A stretch of 64,000 nucleotides of DNA from Azolla caroliniana (lineage: Eukaryota; Plantae; Polypodiophyta). The notes under the pieces were generated by a model that saw only the letters and a list, made by a program, of their open reading frames with translations, was not told the origin of the DNA and searched no databases. Shown here one piece after another: positions 13,468-26,964 of the stretch. The position numbers and the translations under genes were made by a program. Position 1 is the stretch's first letter. Each line of letters starts with the position of its first letter. Where the stretch lies: the NCBI GenBank assembly GCA_043228905.1, contig JBHGNT010000012.1, positions 6,882,001 to 6,946,000 of the forward strand, in the 5' to 3' direction.

Positions 13468-13691
13468 GGTTCCATATAGCGTTTTCGTTCGGCCTATGCA
13501 GCCATGGTTGTAAAGCGTTTGGTGTTTCTTAATATAACTCGTTTGTGTATCTTGTCTCCATCCATTCTATGTTTATGTCCTATTCTTTCTCCTCTCCTCT
13601 CGAGCTAAGCTTCCATTCCCCCTCTATTCCCTAGTCCAAGACCCCCGGGTCCCGCCTAAGATCTTATATGTACTCACGGAATACCGTGACA
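13468..13691 (+). mobile_element. Inverted half of the 3' LTR of the Trp-primed Gag-only element (family 2)
   Basis: Reverse complement of 46731-46955. It ends GTGACA and is followed by ATGT (reverse complement ACAT, the TSD also seen at 47235-47238). Confidence 0.85.
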
Positions 13692-16405
13692 ATGTAGTCA
13701 TTGTACAATTTGTCATTCCAAGGCTCATTCGGTTGACCAATGTGTGTATAATTTGCTCAATAAGACAGCTGCACCAGTTTGCCAGATTCACCGTGAGCAT
13801 ACTATTCATGAAGATCAGAATGGCATTGGTCGCAAGAAGAGAATCGACCAAGATATGATGATCGGTATCGATCAGAGCGTCGTGATGATAGCCAACATAA
13901 GAATCGTAGGGATGACAATCGGCGAGACGATTATCGACGGGACGATTATTGGCGTGATGACCAATATAATGGATATCATCGGGAAGATGACCGACAAGAT
14001 AACTATCAGTGCGATAGTCGAAACAATTATGAATAGGATTACTCACCCCGACGGGATAATAATGAACTACCTTATAAGGGTGGTCGATATCAAGACGACA
14101 GAATTTCTAATAATCACAGAGGTAATGGCGACCCTCGACCATCAAATCGTCGATTTAATGATAATCGAAAGCCGAAAGGATCTCCACATTTCCAGCATGA
14201 TTCTAGAGATAGAGATAATTCTGAATCTCAAGATACTCATCGTCCATAGTATGAAAACGGCGAGTCGATCGGCTCATCGGTCCCGAATTGCTACATTTGC
14301 AGGAAAGATGGCCACAATGCTAACCAATGCCCAACAAAAGGAAAAGGCAAAGCATCAGTGGTTAATATGGTCATGTCGGAGATACAACATGTAACCACTC
14401 GTAGTAAGGGTGAACAATCGGAGTGGGAAGTGCAGGAGGCAGTAAGGAAAGCAACCAAAGAATGGGTGGAGGAGGCTAGTAACAACAATGTCGTCAAAAT
14501 GTTGCAAGAAAGTGTCATATCAACAGACAAGTCAGAGAGTCAGCAAGTTGAGCAGACGATGCCGACTATAACAACTAAAGAAGAGGCAACATGGAAAGTC
14601 TTGGCAAATTTCCAAGTGTCGTTACCGTTGATTAATAAACTCACATGCGATCAGCTTGGCATTACCAAATGGGATGCTTGTCCCTTCTGGTTACGAATGG
14701 CCAACACAAGCACGATATGACCACTTGGTCCACTTAGACAATTCGATATTATTATAGGAGGCCACACTTTTCAAATTTCAGCAGTAATGCTTCATCTAGA
14801 TGCATCTGGTGCATATCCATTGTTATTAGGTCGACCTTGGCTAAAACCTGCTTACATTAAACAAAATTGGATCAAGAACACTTTGACATTCTGGAAGGGC
14901 AAGAACAAGATTCGGTTGTCGAGACAAGAAAATATCAGCAGGACTCGGCAATGTTTACCAATCCATTCCTAAGTAGTAAACATGATGGAAGGATTGGATG
15001 ATGCTGAAGAATAACAATACTTCGAGGTTAATCCGAAAATTATTCCACTATTCGAAGTTGACATCATGCAAACACTCACGCCATATTTGAGTGAGCAGGT
15101 GAGAGAACAGAAGATTCCTGTCGACGAAAAAACAATGAAGGAAATACGAGTCCAACAAGAAGCTATGGAAACAGAGATGCAGGTATCCCAGAGAGTTTAG
15201 GCATCGGTATTGGAAGAATTAAATTTAGCCGACAAGGATGCCAAACCAAAGATTATTTTGATCGCCAAGGAAATGGAGTCAGCTGAAAAGGCTAACATGA
15301 CAGACCTATTACGACAATATAAAGATGTGTTCGCATGGTGGTTTGAAGATATGTTGGGGTCGGAGCAGGCGTTCTATCAGCATCAAATCGATTTGCATAA
15401 AGACGCGAAGCTGGTGCAATAACGTAGATACAGGTTGAACCCGAATTATGCAATGAAAGTCAAAGAGGAAATCGACAAACTGCTCAGAGCCGGCTTTATT
15501 CAACCGGTAAAAAAGGCAACTTGGTTATTAAGTCCAATAGTCGTTGTACCCAAAAAGAATGGAAAGATAAGGGTTTGCGTCAACTACAGAAAACTGAACA
15601 CGGCCACAATAATGGATGCATTTCTGTTACCATTTATTGATGGAGTTCTGGATGTAGTGGCATGCCATGAAATATACAGTTTTCTAGATGGTTTTAGTGG
15701 CTATAATCAGGTTCGGATGCACTCAGAGAATTAGGAAAAGACAACGTTCATCATTGAATGGGGAGTATTTGTAGTAGTAATCATGATGGTCGGCTTAAAA
15801 ACAGCTCTGATAACATTTCAGCGAGTAATCCAAGACATTTTTACAAATTATATACTTGCATTTATGCAAGTATTCCTGGATGATATTGTAGTCTACAACA
15901 GAAAAGTCAATCATATGGAACATCTCCGACTATGTTCGAAACGTTGTCGACAATGTCAACAAGTTACTTAGTCTCAATCCTACGAAATGTGCATTCAGAG
16001 TGATGAGCGGTACGCTGCTCAGCCATATTGCGAGTCAGGAAGGTATTGTAGTCGATCGGGACAAGGTGAAGGCAATAATGGACACTCCACCTCTGACCAA
16101 TGCCAAAGCTCTCAGTAGGTTTTTGGGACAAATTAGATGGCATAGTCGGATGATTTGGTATCTAACCGACTTAGCGACACCCTTACATATGACAATACAT
16201 AAAATACCTTTTCAATGAACCACTTCCGAATAGGATGTGTATGACTACCTTAAGAAGATGCTAACCAAGGTACCAGTTGTACAACCTCCCGATTGGGAGA
16301 AATATTTTCATGTCTTTGTCGATGCATCAGATGTAGCAATCAAAAGTTCATTAATGTAGCTGACGGAACCGAATTGGTACATGCCAGTTTACTACGCGAG
16401 TCGGA
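13692..16405 (+). pseudogene. Second non-chromovirus gypsy gag(C-terminal)-PR-RT-RNaseH remnant
   Basis: CTICHSKAH knuckle, LLGRPWL, MNPNYAMKVKEEIDKLL, FLDD, VDAS and YYASR, with many stops and frameshifts. Confidence 0.88.
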
Positions 16406-16409
16406 ATGA

Positions 16410-18320
16410 TATATGATGTTGATCTTCAGACCCATGATTGATGAGTGCTACATACAATTCCATCTGACCTCCAATTCTGATTGGAGCCTCAGTTGTTGCT
16501 CAAGCCTAGTGTGTAGGGGTGTAATGGCTTCTTTCTTCCTCATGACTGCACCGTGTGTCGACACTCCGTACTCTAGTTAATATTGCAGTCTCTGAATCCT
16601 CACTTTCCTCCTATATTGTGATAGTATTTACTCTGCCCATTTCTTCAATCACCTATCTCTTCCTCTAGATCACGTCGATGATCACTTCTCGAATTGTGGA
16701 ATTCTTTTTTCATGATCCTTGGGACTTCTCAAAGTGTCAACCCGACTTTGTTCTCAAGAATCTTGAACTCTAGCACCTTCTTTCGATCGGTGAATGTTTC
16801 AATGTTGTAGGATAGTTTGAATGAGAAGCCGACGTTCAACTTCTCTTTCTCTTCCTTCATCGCCTCCGTAGCACCTCGTCCTATTTCCCGTCTCTTTTCT
16901 TCTCATGCTTCCTGTCTTTTTGACAAACCCAATTCTTCGGTTCTTCCTCTTTTTTCTTCCACTGAGACCTCATGGGTATTTACTCCTACTATCTTGGCAA
17001 ATGATGTTAGTGAATCTACTAGGTCATTCCACCCAGTGCTACTCCTTATCTCATCGTCAGCCTTCCATAAGTCTTGTGATTGAACTTTGTTTCAACTTTC
17101 CACTTAATCTAGTTTATTCCGTTTGCCAAAGTTGAACTTTAGGGGTTGTTGGGTCTTAGAGGGGTGGATTCTCCTATCCTTGTAGAAGATAATGTTTCTT
17201 TCCAAACCCTCCGTATGACTCTAACAATCCCTTTTTAGGTTCCTAGTGCTACTGCATCATATGCAACAACGGACATACTCCCTCTTTTCTTCTTGGGCTT
17301 TTTCTTGACACTAGAGCTTTCACCCTTCTCAAGCTTCGTGAATTTGAGCTGCAAATCTTTCATTCCCTTTATCAACTCATTGATTCTTGAGTCTGGCACC
17401 TATCAGCACGCGGACAAGAGAAAAGGGATAAGGATATTTGGAAGAAGCGGAATGGAGATATTATTACTATTATAAAGAGAGAATATTATAACTAGTAGTT
17501 TGCACACGGACAAGAGAAAAGATAGAGTTTCTTGTTGAAGAAGAATGGTGAGATATTTATTATAAAGAGAGAATGTTACAACGAGAGAATTAAGAGAATG
17601 ATTGATAATGTAGGCTAGAAGGCTGGAGACTGGTGTTGAACCGGAATAACTTGAAAATAGTGAGGGGCTTCAATATATAGTAGTAGGTAATGACACATGC
17701 AAGAGCAAGCAATGCCACGTGTCATCCCTTCATGAGTTTCCTAAAATGTTCTAGAAAGTTCCACAATGTTCCATAATGATCTAGAATGTTCTATAATGTT
17801 GTATGCATACATCTCTTAATAATGACATGAATTATTATATATAATGTAAATGACCTAGTAGGTAAGGTGCTATAAGATGAGTGCCAGGGTCGAGGGTTTG
17901 AGCTTTGGCATGACCACTAATCATGATAGCACCTTTCCTTTGCCAACAACCACTTGGATTTCTATTTCTTGCTTTGGACGTTCTTTGACAGTAGTATTTA
18001 TTCGTTGATCATAGCCATCCTCCATCCTTAGCGACCTCCTTCTGAGTACTTGACAAGCCTTCGACACCTCCGCTCAATCGAACATCAAACCAGTCGTGCT
18101 CGTTCATTTCCTTTAGCAGAATGGTAAGATCTTATCTAAAAGATTTACCTACCGTGAGAACGAATAAATCCATCTTCTCTTACTATAATACCTCTCAATC
18201 TCTTAGTGAGAGTTCATTATATCTTTTCTAAAACTCCCTTAGTAACTCTAAGACTAAGAGTCCTTTACCCCCTTTTTGGATCCACTATAGAAAGCTTTTC
18301 TTTGTCATCAGGGTTCGGTC
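16410..18320 (-). pseudogene. Highly decayed gag-like remnant interrupted by a solo LTR
   Basis: Purine-rich minus strand with weak resemblance to the Gag of 32588-34651. No long ORF remains. Confidence 0.35.
17401..17928. mobile_element. Solo LTR with TATCA...TGATA termini
   Basis: 5-bp TSD GCACC at 17396-17400 and 17929-17933, with 5-bp terminal inverted repeats. Confidence 0.8.
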
Positions 18321-18321
18321 G

Positions 18322-20730
18322 TGTAACATATATTCATCAAGAAATGCTTGATGGAAACTAGCTTAGACTTCACGGAACCTCTCTTGCAGTTCTGTCACCC
18401 TTGCTTGGACATCAGGTGTCCAGACCCGGTTGATCTACAACATCATTTGTACCCTGGTTGCCCCTTGTTGAGAATCAAACTCAATTTCCCTAGTGTGGGA
18501 ACACATCTTAAGAACACCCAAGTGTGTGGACACCCCACCTCCTTTGTATCATACTAATGCGTCATAGAAGTTAAGACCTATGACACATACTTAGTAAGTA
18601 GTTAAGACTTGTTAAGAGTCTATTACTAATCAATAGACCAAACTAAAGTAAAAGAAGGAAAATAGAATGGATAGAAGAACCCGTTCCACCCGACCACCCC
18701 CAAGCTATGATCTAGACATAGCCACCTACCACTGACATCCCATACCGCCGGATATTAGGATGACTAATACCTTGTAAGAGATAAACACGATCGTCTAGAC
18801 GAAAGCCTAGCCCGCACCACTGATGTCTAAGACAGCAACCTTCCGATTTAATGTCCTTATGAGGGTAGCTAAGCCTCATATTTATCCCATATTTATACAT
18901 TTTCCTAGGCCCCTTGAATAGATGTGCCTTTCTAAAAGGCTCTCCATTCATTGGTTGTCCAAATCATGATAGTGCATGCACTTATCATTCCTTCTATCTA
19001 ATCATTAGTCCCCTTTTTAACATTAGTGAACATACCCTTCACTAATGTAAATATTGGTGACCTACCCTCATCAACGTTATGTGTACATAACATACTCCCC
19101 TACTTCAAAAGATTGCACTCTTGCAATATAAAGTGAGGAAATTGTGCCTTAAGAGTATGCTCGCGTTCCCATGTGGCATCATCAATAGGTTTATCCATCC
19201 ATTTGATCTTGAATTGCCGAATCTCTTTAGAACGTAAATGTTTAGTACAAGAATCAAGAATTCGTTCAAGAACATGAGGTTTGTAAGAAAAATCCTCTAA
19301 TGTTATAAGATCTTGGATTGTGATGGTGTTATCACGAGAACCTAAAAATGGTTTTAGATGACTAATGTGAAAAACAAGATGAATACCAATGTTACAGGGT
19401 AAGGCAAGGTGATAAGCAAATGACCCAACCCGCTTAAGGATTTCAAATGGGCCACAATATCGTGGGGCTAACTTAGCGCACTTGCCCATAGACAATGATG
19501 TAGAGTCCTTAGGGACACGCAAAAAAACTTTTTGACCAATAGTAAATGCACGAGGACGTCTATACTGATTAGGATAAAATCGAGCATGATCTTGAGCTGT
19601 CTTGACATTCTCTTTGGCAATATGTAGCATTTGGTTCATGTCTTGCAAAAAATTGCGTGTACTGTCTAATGTATTGCGATGAATCGTGACATCAACTAGG
19701 GCACATGGTTGAAAACCATACATCAACATAAAAGGACTATATCCAGTGGATGTATGTTTAGAGCTATTATCTGCAAATTCTAACGTAGGAAGGTATTGCT
19801 CCCACTTAGAAGAGGTTTTTGCTACATAAGCTCGAAGCATGTCCTCAATAATTTGATTAACTCGTTCAGTTTTTCCATCAGACTGAGGATGATCTACGGA
19901 ACTCATGCTCAACATAGTTTCTAGTTTCTTAAATGCTTGAGTCCAAAAGTCACTAGTAAACTTGGAATCTCGATCACTAACAATATCCATCGGTAATCCA
20001 TAAAAATGAAATAACTCATCAACAAATTGATAAGCCAATTGTTGAGCGGTTACCGTGGTTTTGGTGGGAATAAATCTAGCCAATTTTGTTAGTCTGTCAA
20101 CGACAACCCAAATGGCATCATGACCCCTCTATGTACGAGGTAAACTATCAATAAAATCCATCACGATACTTTCCCATTTGTTGTTGGGAATATCTAAGGG
20201 ATGTAAAAGTCCAGCAGCTTTAAGTCGTTCCGACTTATTAATCTGACATTGGAAGCATTGAGTTACGTATTTATGCACGTCAGAGCACATCTTAGGCCAA
20301 AAAAAAGTACTCGAGATGAGAACGAGTGTGCGTTGTATTCCAGGATGACTAGCAGATCGTGCATCATGACATTCATGAAGAATTTTTTGTTCTACGTTTG
20401 GTAAATCTGGAACACAAACCTTTCCACTATGGTAGAGCAAACCGTTTGTAATGTGAAAGGTCACCTTCGAGGGTAGGGTGCTAGTATCGGCATCTAAACC
20501 AGATTCGGCTTTCGTCTAGTATTTCGAAAAATAACTATCATCAAGGTATTTCCCTCGAAGGTGAGCTAAAAGATCATATTTTATTTCCGTGAAGCTAAGC
20601 ATGTTAACTTCTTTAATGCGACTAAGAGCATCTGCAATAGTGTTCATAGAACCCTTGCAATACTGTATGGAAAAATCAAAATCTTGCATAAGGTCAGCCC
20701 AACAGCCTTTACGACCAACAAGATCTCTCT
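18322..20730 (-). mobile_element. Chromovirus-type gypsy 3' fragment: RNaseH end, integrase, chromodomain, PPT and 3' LTR (~18322-19092)
   Basis: ORFs 20516-20734, 20129-20464 (HHCC) and 19100-20083 (IVSDRD, GPF, KW...DATWE). PPT GAAGTAGGGGAG precedes TGTTA at ~19092. The left LTR end is approximate. Confidence 0.85.
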
Positions 20731-23700
20731 CCACGTTCTCTTCTTGGACTTCTTCATCAAAGGGGGTCCGCCGTTGTGGTCGCCAAAAGGTGTTGTAGGT
20801 TTTTTAGGGTTAGGGTTAATGAGAATGATAATGATGATGATTGATGATGAAGATAGACATTGTGTAATGGTGGAGATGATGAATGGTATGATGGTGAGAG
20901 ATCATGAAGATGCAAGACAAGCATTGAGAAGCACTGCGGGGTGGGGGGTGGTGCCTAGAATGGCTCCACCCCCCTCCCAAGGGGGTTCAACGTTAAGGGG
21001 GGAGAGAGAGAAAGATGTCAAAGAGAGAGAGAGAGAGAGAGAGAAATGATTATTCATGTTTCATTCATTCCCCATAAGGGGTTAAATAGTACAAGAGGGG
21101 GTAGATACATAGGGGTGTAAGCCCCCTCAAGCATTCATATTGGACACTCACTCACACCTCCTCGTATCCATCCACATGCACACACGTGTGCATGTGTTCA
21201 CATACGTATAGACTCACAATTACATTTATGCCCCCTACACATACACAACATCATGATAACATTCGACCCTCGCTCATCACACTTGACTCTCCGTACATCT
21301 CGTACGGGGTAACACAATATGGCACGCACGTGGGAAAGTGCCTTGCACGTCGATCCCACATGCCTTGATGATGATATTTCTTCGACCGGAACTTCCATCG
21401 GTCCTTTCAACGATCGACTCCCTCGATCGGAATGCTTAACTCGAACATCTTTGTCGGTCAGCAAATCGTCCGCGACACAAACATTCTCGTTCTGTCGGCT
21501 TACGAACTTCGTCATGGGTCTAAAATAACATTGTGTGTATGTGTGTTCTTCTTTCTATTTTGTGAGTTATTGTGATTCAATTACATTGATTTCATTCAAG
21601 TTGATGAGTTTTTAAAATGATGTATTATACCCTCAAATTTCTAAAATTTCGTTCCGTACCCTCACGGTTTTGAAATTTCATTTGTTAACCTCAAGTTTTT
21701 AAAATCTCACAAATGCCCCTCTCTTCTCTTTTTTCCTCTCTCTTGTTTTTCGATTTCATCTATAATTTCACTTTTACTTTTAGGTCATTTTTTCCATTTT
21801 TATGTTTGTCTTCTTCTCATTTTCTTACATTTTTTTTTCCCCCTTACATTTTGCGTCTTCTCTAGTCTTCTACTCTTGCGTGCTTCCTTCTTCTTGGTGT
21901 TAACTGTTGCATCTTCTGTTCTTCTTGTCTTTCATTTCCTTTTCTCTGTTCTTCCACTGCTAATGGTGCTTCTCTTTCCTCTTTGTTTCATTGTTTCTCT
22001 TCTTTCTTTCTTTGCGAGTTCTTCTTGTTTGATCTCTTCTGCAAATCTTCTCTCTTTCTTCCTTTGTTTCTTCCACTTCTTTCTGTTCTATTTTGGTGTT
22101 TCGGGGTAGGGAGGAAACACGACCGTCACTCTCCCTTTGCTTGCACGTCATCTCCTTCTTTGTGCTGCCGCCGTCATTTCCGTTGCCCAACCGTGGTTGT
22201 CCGTCTCTGTCCGGTCCTTACACCTGCTACCGCATCATCCTGCCGCTCCAATCGTTGATGTTCGGCCCGTCCGTTCTCGGCTGTTTGTCTGTGTCTCCGA
22301 CTCCGTCCGGTCAGTCAGTCAGATCCGGCCGTTATTGTCTGTCCGGCCCGTCGTTTCAACGTCATCGCCGTTCTGGGCGTCGGTTCTCCGGCCATTCTTG
22401 TCGCTTTTCGGCGGTGTCGCTGTTCTGGGTGTTGTCCAGTCGCTTCTCGGGCCGCTCCGATTGCTCATGTTTGGTCACTCTCCGGCCTATCCGACTGCTC
22501 GAATTGCTGTTCGTCGTTGTCATCGTCTCCTTCGCTTTTCGGCGGCTCTGTCCTCATTGCCGGCTCCGTCGCTTTTCGGTGTCCATGTCCCATCGTTTGG
22601 CTGTTGCCATTGTCGTGGCTGTGCATTTCGGATATCGTCTCTGTCGCTCTTCGGCTCTGTCCGGCCTTCGTCGCACTGTCTTCCACTCGTGTGTCGCACT
22701 GTCTGGTCTGTCCGTCTGTGTGGTCGCCTATTCGGCCCATTTGACCCATCCTACTGTGTCTTGTGTCTTTTTGGTCACCTTTGTTTAGTGCATCCGTCCG
22801 TATCTTTCTAGCGCTATTGGTTGATGTCTGGTTTGCATCTGCATCTCCTCCGTCTTCTTCGACCCTTCGGTGTTAACCGGCTCCGGTTCTGGTTCTGATT
22901 CCGGTTCCGACTCTCTCTGTGTTGCTTCTTTTAGAACCACCTCTCGTGCATTCTCAGCACATCCTGCCGGTCTCCGCTCCACACACTGCGACTTTCTCCG
23001 CAGTCTCCTGGTGGGCTTCTCTTTCCGGTCGTGCTGGCATCGGTTCCCACTGCATCGCAGTTTGTACAGTCGTGCATCTTGCACCACGCTTTCAAAAACA
23101 CGCACATTGTCGCTAACCGCATTGGAAACCCGCACATTGACACTAATCGCAACCTCACACAACGATTGTTGCCATTCATGCATTCCTCCATCGCATCATC
23201 ATTTCTTGCACTCGTACACAAACGTCATCGTTTCCATTTCTTCGCTTGCACATACATTGAACATCGTCGCCGTCATTTGCATGTTTCTGTCATTTCTCGC
23301 ACATCATGCTGCCACGTTCTCTTCTTGGACTTCTTCATCAAAGGGGGTCCGCCGTTGTGGTCGCCAAAAGGTGTTGTAGGTTTTTTAGGGTTAGGGTTAA
23401 TGAGAATGATAATGATGATGATTGATGATGAAGATAGACATTGTGTAATGGTGGAGATGATGAATGGTATGATGGTGAGAGATCATGAAAATGCAAGACA
23501 AGCATTGAGAAGCACTGCGGGGTGGGGGGTGGTGCCTAGAATGGCTCCACCCCCCTCCCAAGGGGGTTCAACGTTAAGGGGGCAGAGAGAGAAAGATGTC
23601 AAAGAGAGAGAGAGAGAGAGAGAGAGAAATGGTTATTCATGTTTCATTCATTCCCCATAAGGGGTTAAATAGTACAAGAGGGGGTAGATACATAGGGGTG

Positions 23701-23897
23701 TAAGCCCCCTCAAGCATTCATATTGGACACTCACTCACACCTCCTCGTATCCATCCACATGCACACACGTGTGCATGTGTTCACATACGTATAGACTCAC
23801 AATTACATTTATGCCCCCTACACATACACAACATCATGATAACATTCAACCCTCGCTCATCACACTTGACTCTCTGTACATCTCGTACGGGGTAACA
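20731..23897. mobile_element. Non-coding element bounded by ~585-bp direct repeats (20731-21314, 23312-23897) that contain a composite LTR
   Basis: The repeats are near-identical and end GGGGTAACA. Each holds an inner TGTTG...CAACA unit (20791-21250, 23372-23833). PBS-like TGGCGACCACA lies on the minus strand and TGGCACGCACGTGGG on the plus strand at 21320. Confidence 0.7.
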
Positions 23898-25342
23898 TAC
23901 GTCTCATCGGTGGCCTTGGTCGGAAGGAGGTCCGGTTTTGTTTACCGGCCAGACAGTCAGTGCACTTCTCCAAGTGCACGTTCTTCACTGGAATGAGGTT
24001 GTCGTCTGCAAGCCTCTTCATCCCCTTCTCGCTCATATGACACAGTCTCTTGTGCCACAGCTCACCGGTAGTGTTGGATGCCACGTTCACTTCTTCCGGG
24101 CATAACCGGGCATTCATCAGGTACAGTGTGTTGACCTTCCAGGCCCGAGCCACAATCAGGCTCCCTTTGCTGAACTTCATGACACCGTTCCGGATGCTAC
24201 CCGTGTAGCCTTCATCATCTAGCCGACCGGCTGATATCAGGTTCAAACGAACCTCCGGAACGTGTCGAACATCCTTTAGCAGTAACTTGCATCCAGTTGG
24301 TGTTGACAGCCACACGTCTCCTATGCCGACAATTCGGCATGTACCTTCATTCCCCATCCGGACACATTCGTGGTCACCGGCTGAGTAGGATGAGAAGCAT
24401 TTTTGGTCCGGGGTAAGGTGGAACGATGCTCCGGAGTCCACCACCCAGGTCATCTCGTCGCTGGCAAGGTTTATCTCACTCTCCTCGGTGATGAGGATCA
24501 ACTCTTCTTCACTTGCCGCGATTTCCGTCGTTCCCTTCCGGTCCGTCCCCTTCCGGTCTTTACCGTTCCGGTCCGGGGTTTGCTTCGAATCGGTACTGTC
24601 GGTTTCTTTGTCTTTACGGAAATGCCGACAGTTCTTTTGGAAGTGTCCCGGCTTGCCGCAATAGAAGCAAGTAGGCCTTCCCCTTGACTTTGACCGTGTT
24701 CCCGACTTCTCCCGGTTCTGGGGACTACGGTTTTTATGTCTTCCGCGTTCCGATTCAGTAAGGAGCGCTTTGGAGTCGGAGCTCGTATCTTTGTCTTTCC
24801 GACGCGCCTCCTCATCTAGCAAGCTCGACTTTACTCTTGCTAGGGATAACCGTTTTCCTTCCGGCCCGACGTTGCCCAAAGTGACAACCAACGTCTCCCA
24901 GCTATCCGGTAGGGATCGGCAACGGCTCGGCTCAAGCCTAAACCGTTTGGCTTAGCCGGCTTGAAAACGCCTTAGCGGCTCGGCTCGACTCGGTTTAGGC
25001 TTGAACTTGCCTTAACGGTTTGAGCTCGGCTCGGCTTGGCTTGAGTCTCGCTAAACCGGCTCAAGCCGGCTAAGCCGGATAAACTGTTTAAGCCGTTTAT
25101 AAACTTTAGAGAGGGGGAGAGAGACAACAGACAAGGGGAAAGAGAGAGAGAGAGTAAGGGAGGGAGAACTACATAGACGAGGAGAGAGAGAGAGAGGGAG
25201 GGAGACAACATATAAGGAGAGAGAGAGAGAGAGACTACACAAACGAGGAGAGAGAGAGAGAGGGAGGGAGACAACATATAAGGAGAGAGAGAGAGACTAC
25301 ACAAACGAGGAGAGAGAGAGAGAGGGAGGGAGACAACATATA

Positions 25343-25382
<40 letters not shown>

Positions 25383-26964
25383 ACACAGAGGGGAGAGAGA
25401 GAGAGGAACTACATAGAGGGGAGAGAGAGAGAGAGAGACTACATAGAGGGGAGAGAGAGAGAGAGATGAACTACATAGAGGGGAGAGAGAGAGAGAGGGA
25501 GGGAGAGTCGAGACCATAGACGTGAGAGAGAGAGAGAGAGAGAGAGGAACTACATAGAGGGGAGAGAGAGAGGATTTACATAGAGGGGAGAGAGAGGGAG
25601 AGGGAGAGAGAGTCGAGACCACAGACGTGAGAGAGAGTGGGAGGGATCATCTGAGAGAGAGAGGGAGGTAGGGAGAGAGAGAGAGAGAGAGAGACGGAGG
25701 TTTCTAAACCGGTTTCCAAGCCGGTTTGGAAACCGGTTTACAAGCTGTTTACCAAGCCGGTTCACAAACCGGTTTAGCATAAACCGGTTTGTGAACCGGC
25801 TCGGCTCGGCTTAGGTTTGAGATCCTGTAAACGGTTTAGGCTTAGCCGGTTTGGCTTGGATCAGGCCAAACCGGCTAAGCCTAAACCGAACCGTTGCCGA
25901 TCCCTACTATCCGGGAGGGAACCGAGCCGGAGTAGCGCTAGTACCTCATCGGCAAGAGGCACTTCCAATGAAGTTGCCTGGTGGATCAGCCCCTGGAAGG
26001 CATTCATGTGCTCCGCCATGCTGGAGCCATCTTGGTACCGGAGTCTTACTAGCTTCCGGAATAGCGAGAGGTCTTTAACTACGAGCATGTCCCTCATCTT
26101 CGACTTCCACACTGAATAGTTGGAGCCGGTGAGCTTGAACATGCCGCCAAACGATTCGTCCATTTTCTGTATCGATTTTGCTCTGATACCACCTGACGGG
26201 AACCCAACGTTCACTATGCGCTACGCTCGGCCACAACCGAGCTTGGAATGATACACAGAAAACGGGAAATAAAACGCGACACAAAGAAGGAGAGAATACA
26301 CAAGAGGTTTACGTGGAAAAGCCCAAACTAGGGGAAAACCACGGCAGCCCACAGGCTGCAAACTGTCACTATGTAGGAATATACAACAGTGAGTTCACTG
26401 AGGCACCGACTTCGTGCTCACAAATCTTCGCCACAGGCGGCAGTTACAACAGAGGCAACGACCTCTTTCTCTCTCTCTCTCTCTCTCTCTGTACAGTTAC
26501 GCACAGTAATCTCGTCCAAAACAGAAAATGACAACAACAACTAAAAGTTTGCCCTAAGTCATATTTATACTAATATGACTTTTCGGCTATTTACAAATAT
26601 AGTCTCGATGGGCTCTCAGAAACATATTTACGAATATGTCTCTTCCTCCGGTTCTCACCGGTTCTGCACCATCCGGCTCTCCGTAGCCGGGTACTCCTCA
26701 TCCGGTTCACACCGGGCCTGCACCATCCGGCTCTCCGTAGCTGGGTACTCCTCATCCGGTTCATACCGGGCCTGCACCATCCGGCTCTCCATAGTCGGGT
26801 ACTCCTCATCCGGTTCACACCGGGCCTGCACCATCCGGCTCTCCGTAGCCGGGTACTCCTCATCCGGTTCACACCGGGCCTGCACCATCCGGCTCTCCGT
26901 AGCCGAGTTTGTTCATCGGCACTGTTCTTCTCCCTTCCCATCCGGAGGGACCTGTCTCCCAACA
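23898..26964 (-). mobile_element. Ty1/copia element A, 5' part: LTR 26194-26964, Met PBS, internally deleted gag, PR, GAG-pre-integrase
   Basis: TGGTATCAGAGC at 26180-26191, KLTGSNYSVWK, CFYCGKPGHFQKNC, WVVDSGASFH, LWHKRLCH. It is inserted into the integrase of a sibling element. Confidence 0.9.
24910..25906. mobile_element. hAT-type MITE
   Basis: 16-bp TIR TAGGGATCGGCAACGG/CCGTTGCCGATCCCTA and a perfect 8-bp TSD CTATCCGG. Subterminal AAACCG/AGCCG repeats surround a GA-rich core. Confidence 0.93.

Noticed and set aside
13744-14394. 216-aa Ile/Met-rich ORF
   Set aside because: It is an alternative frame of the D/R/N-rich gag linker.
21876-23660. Several overlapping 150-230-aa ORFs
   Set aside because: Low-complexity CT/GC-rich sequence with no recognisable domain, and some ORFs run into LTR sequence.
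24972-25780. Ser/Leu-rich ORFs
   Set aside because: They are translations of the GA microsatellite core of a MITE.
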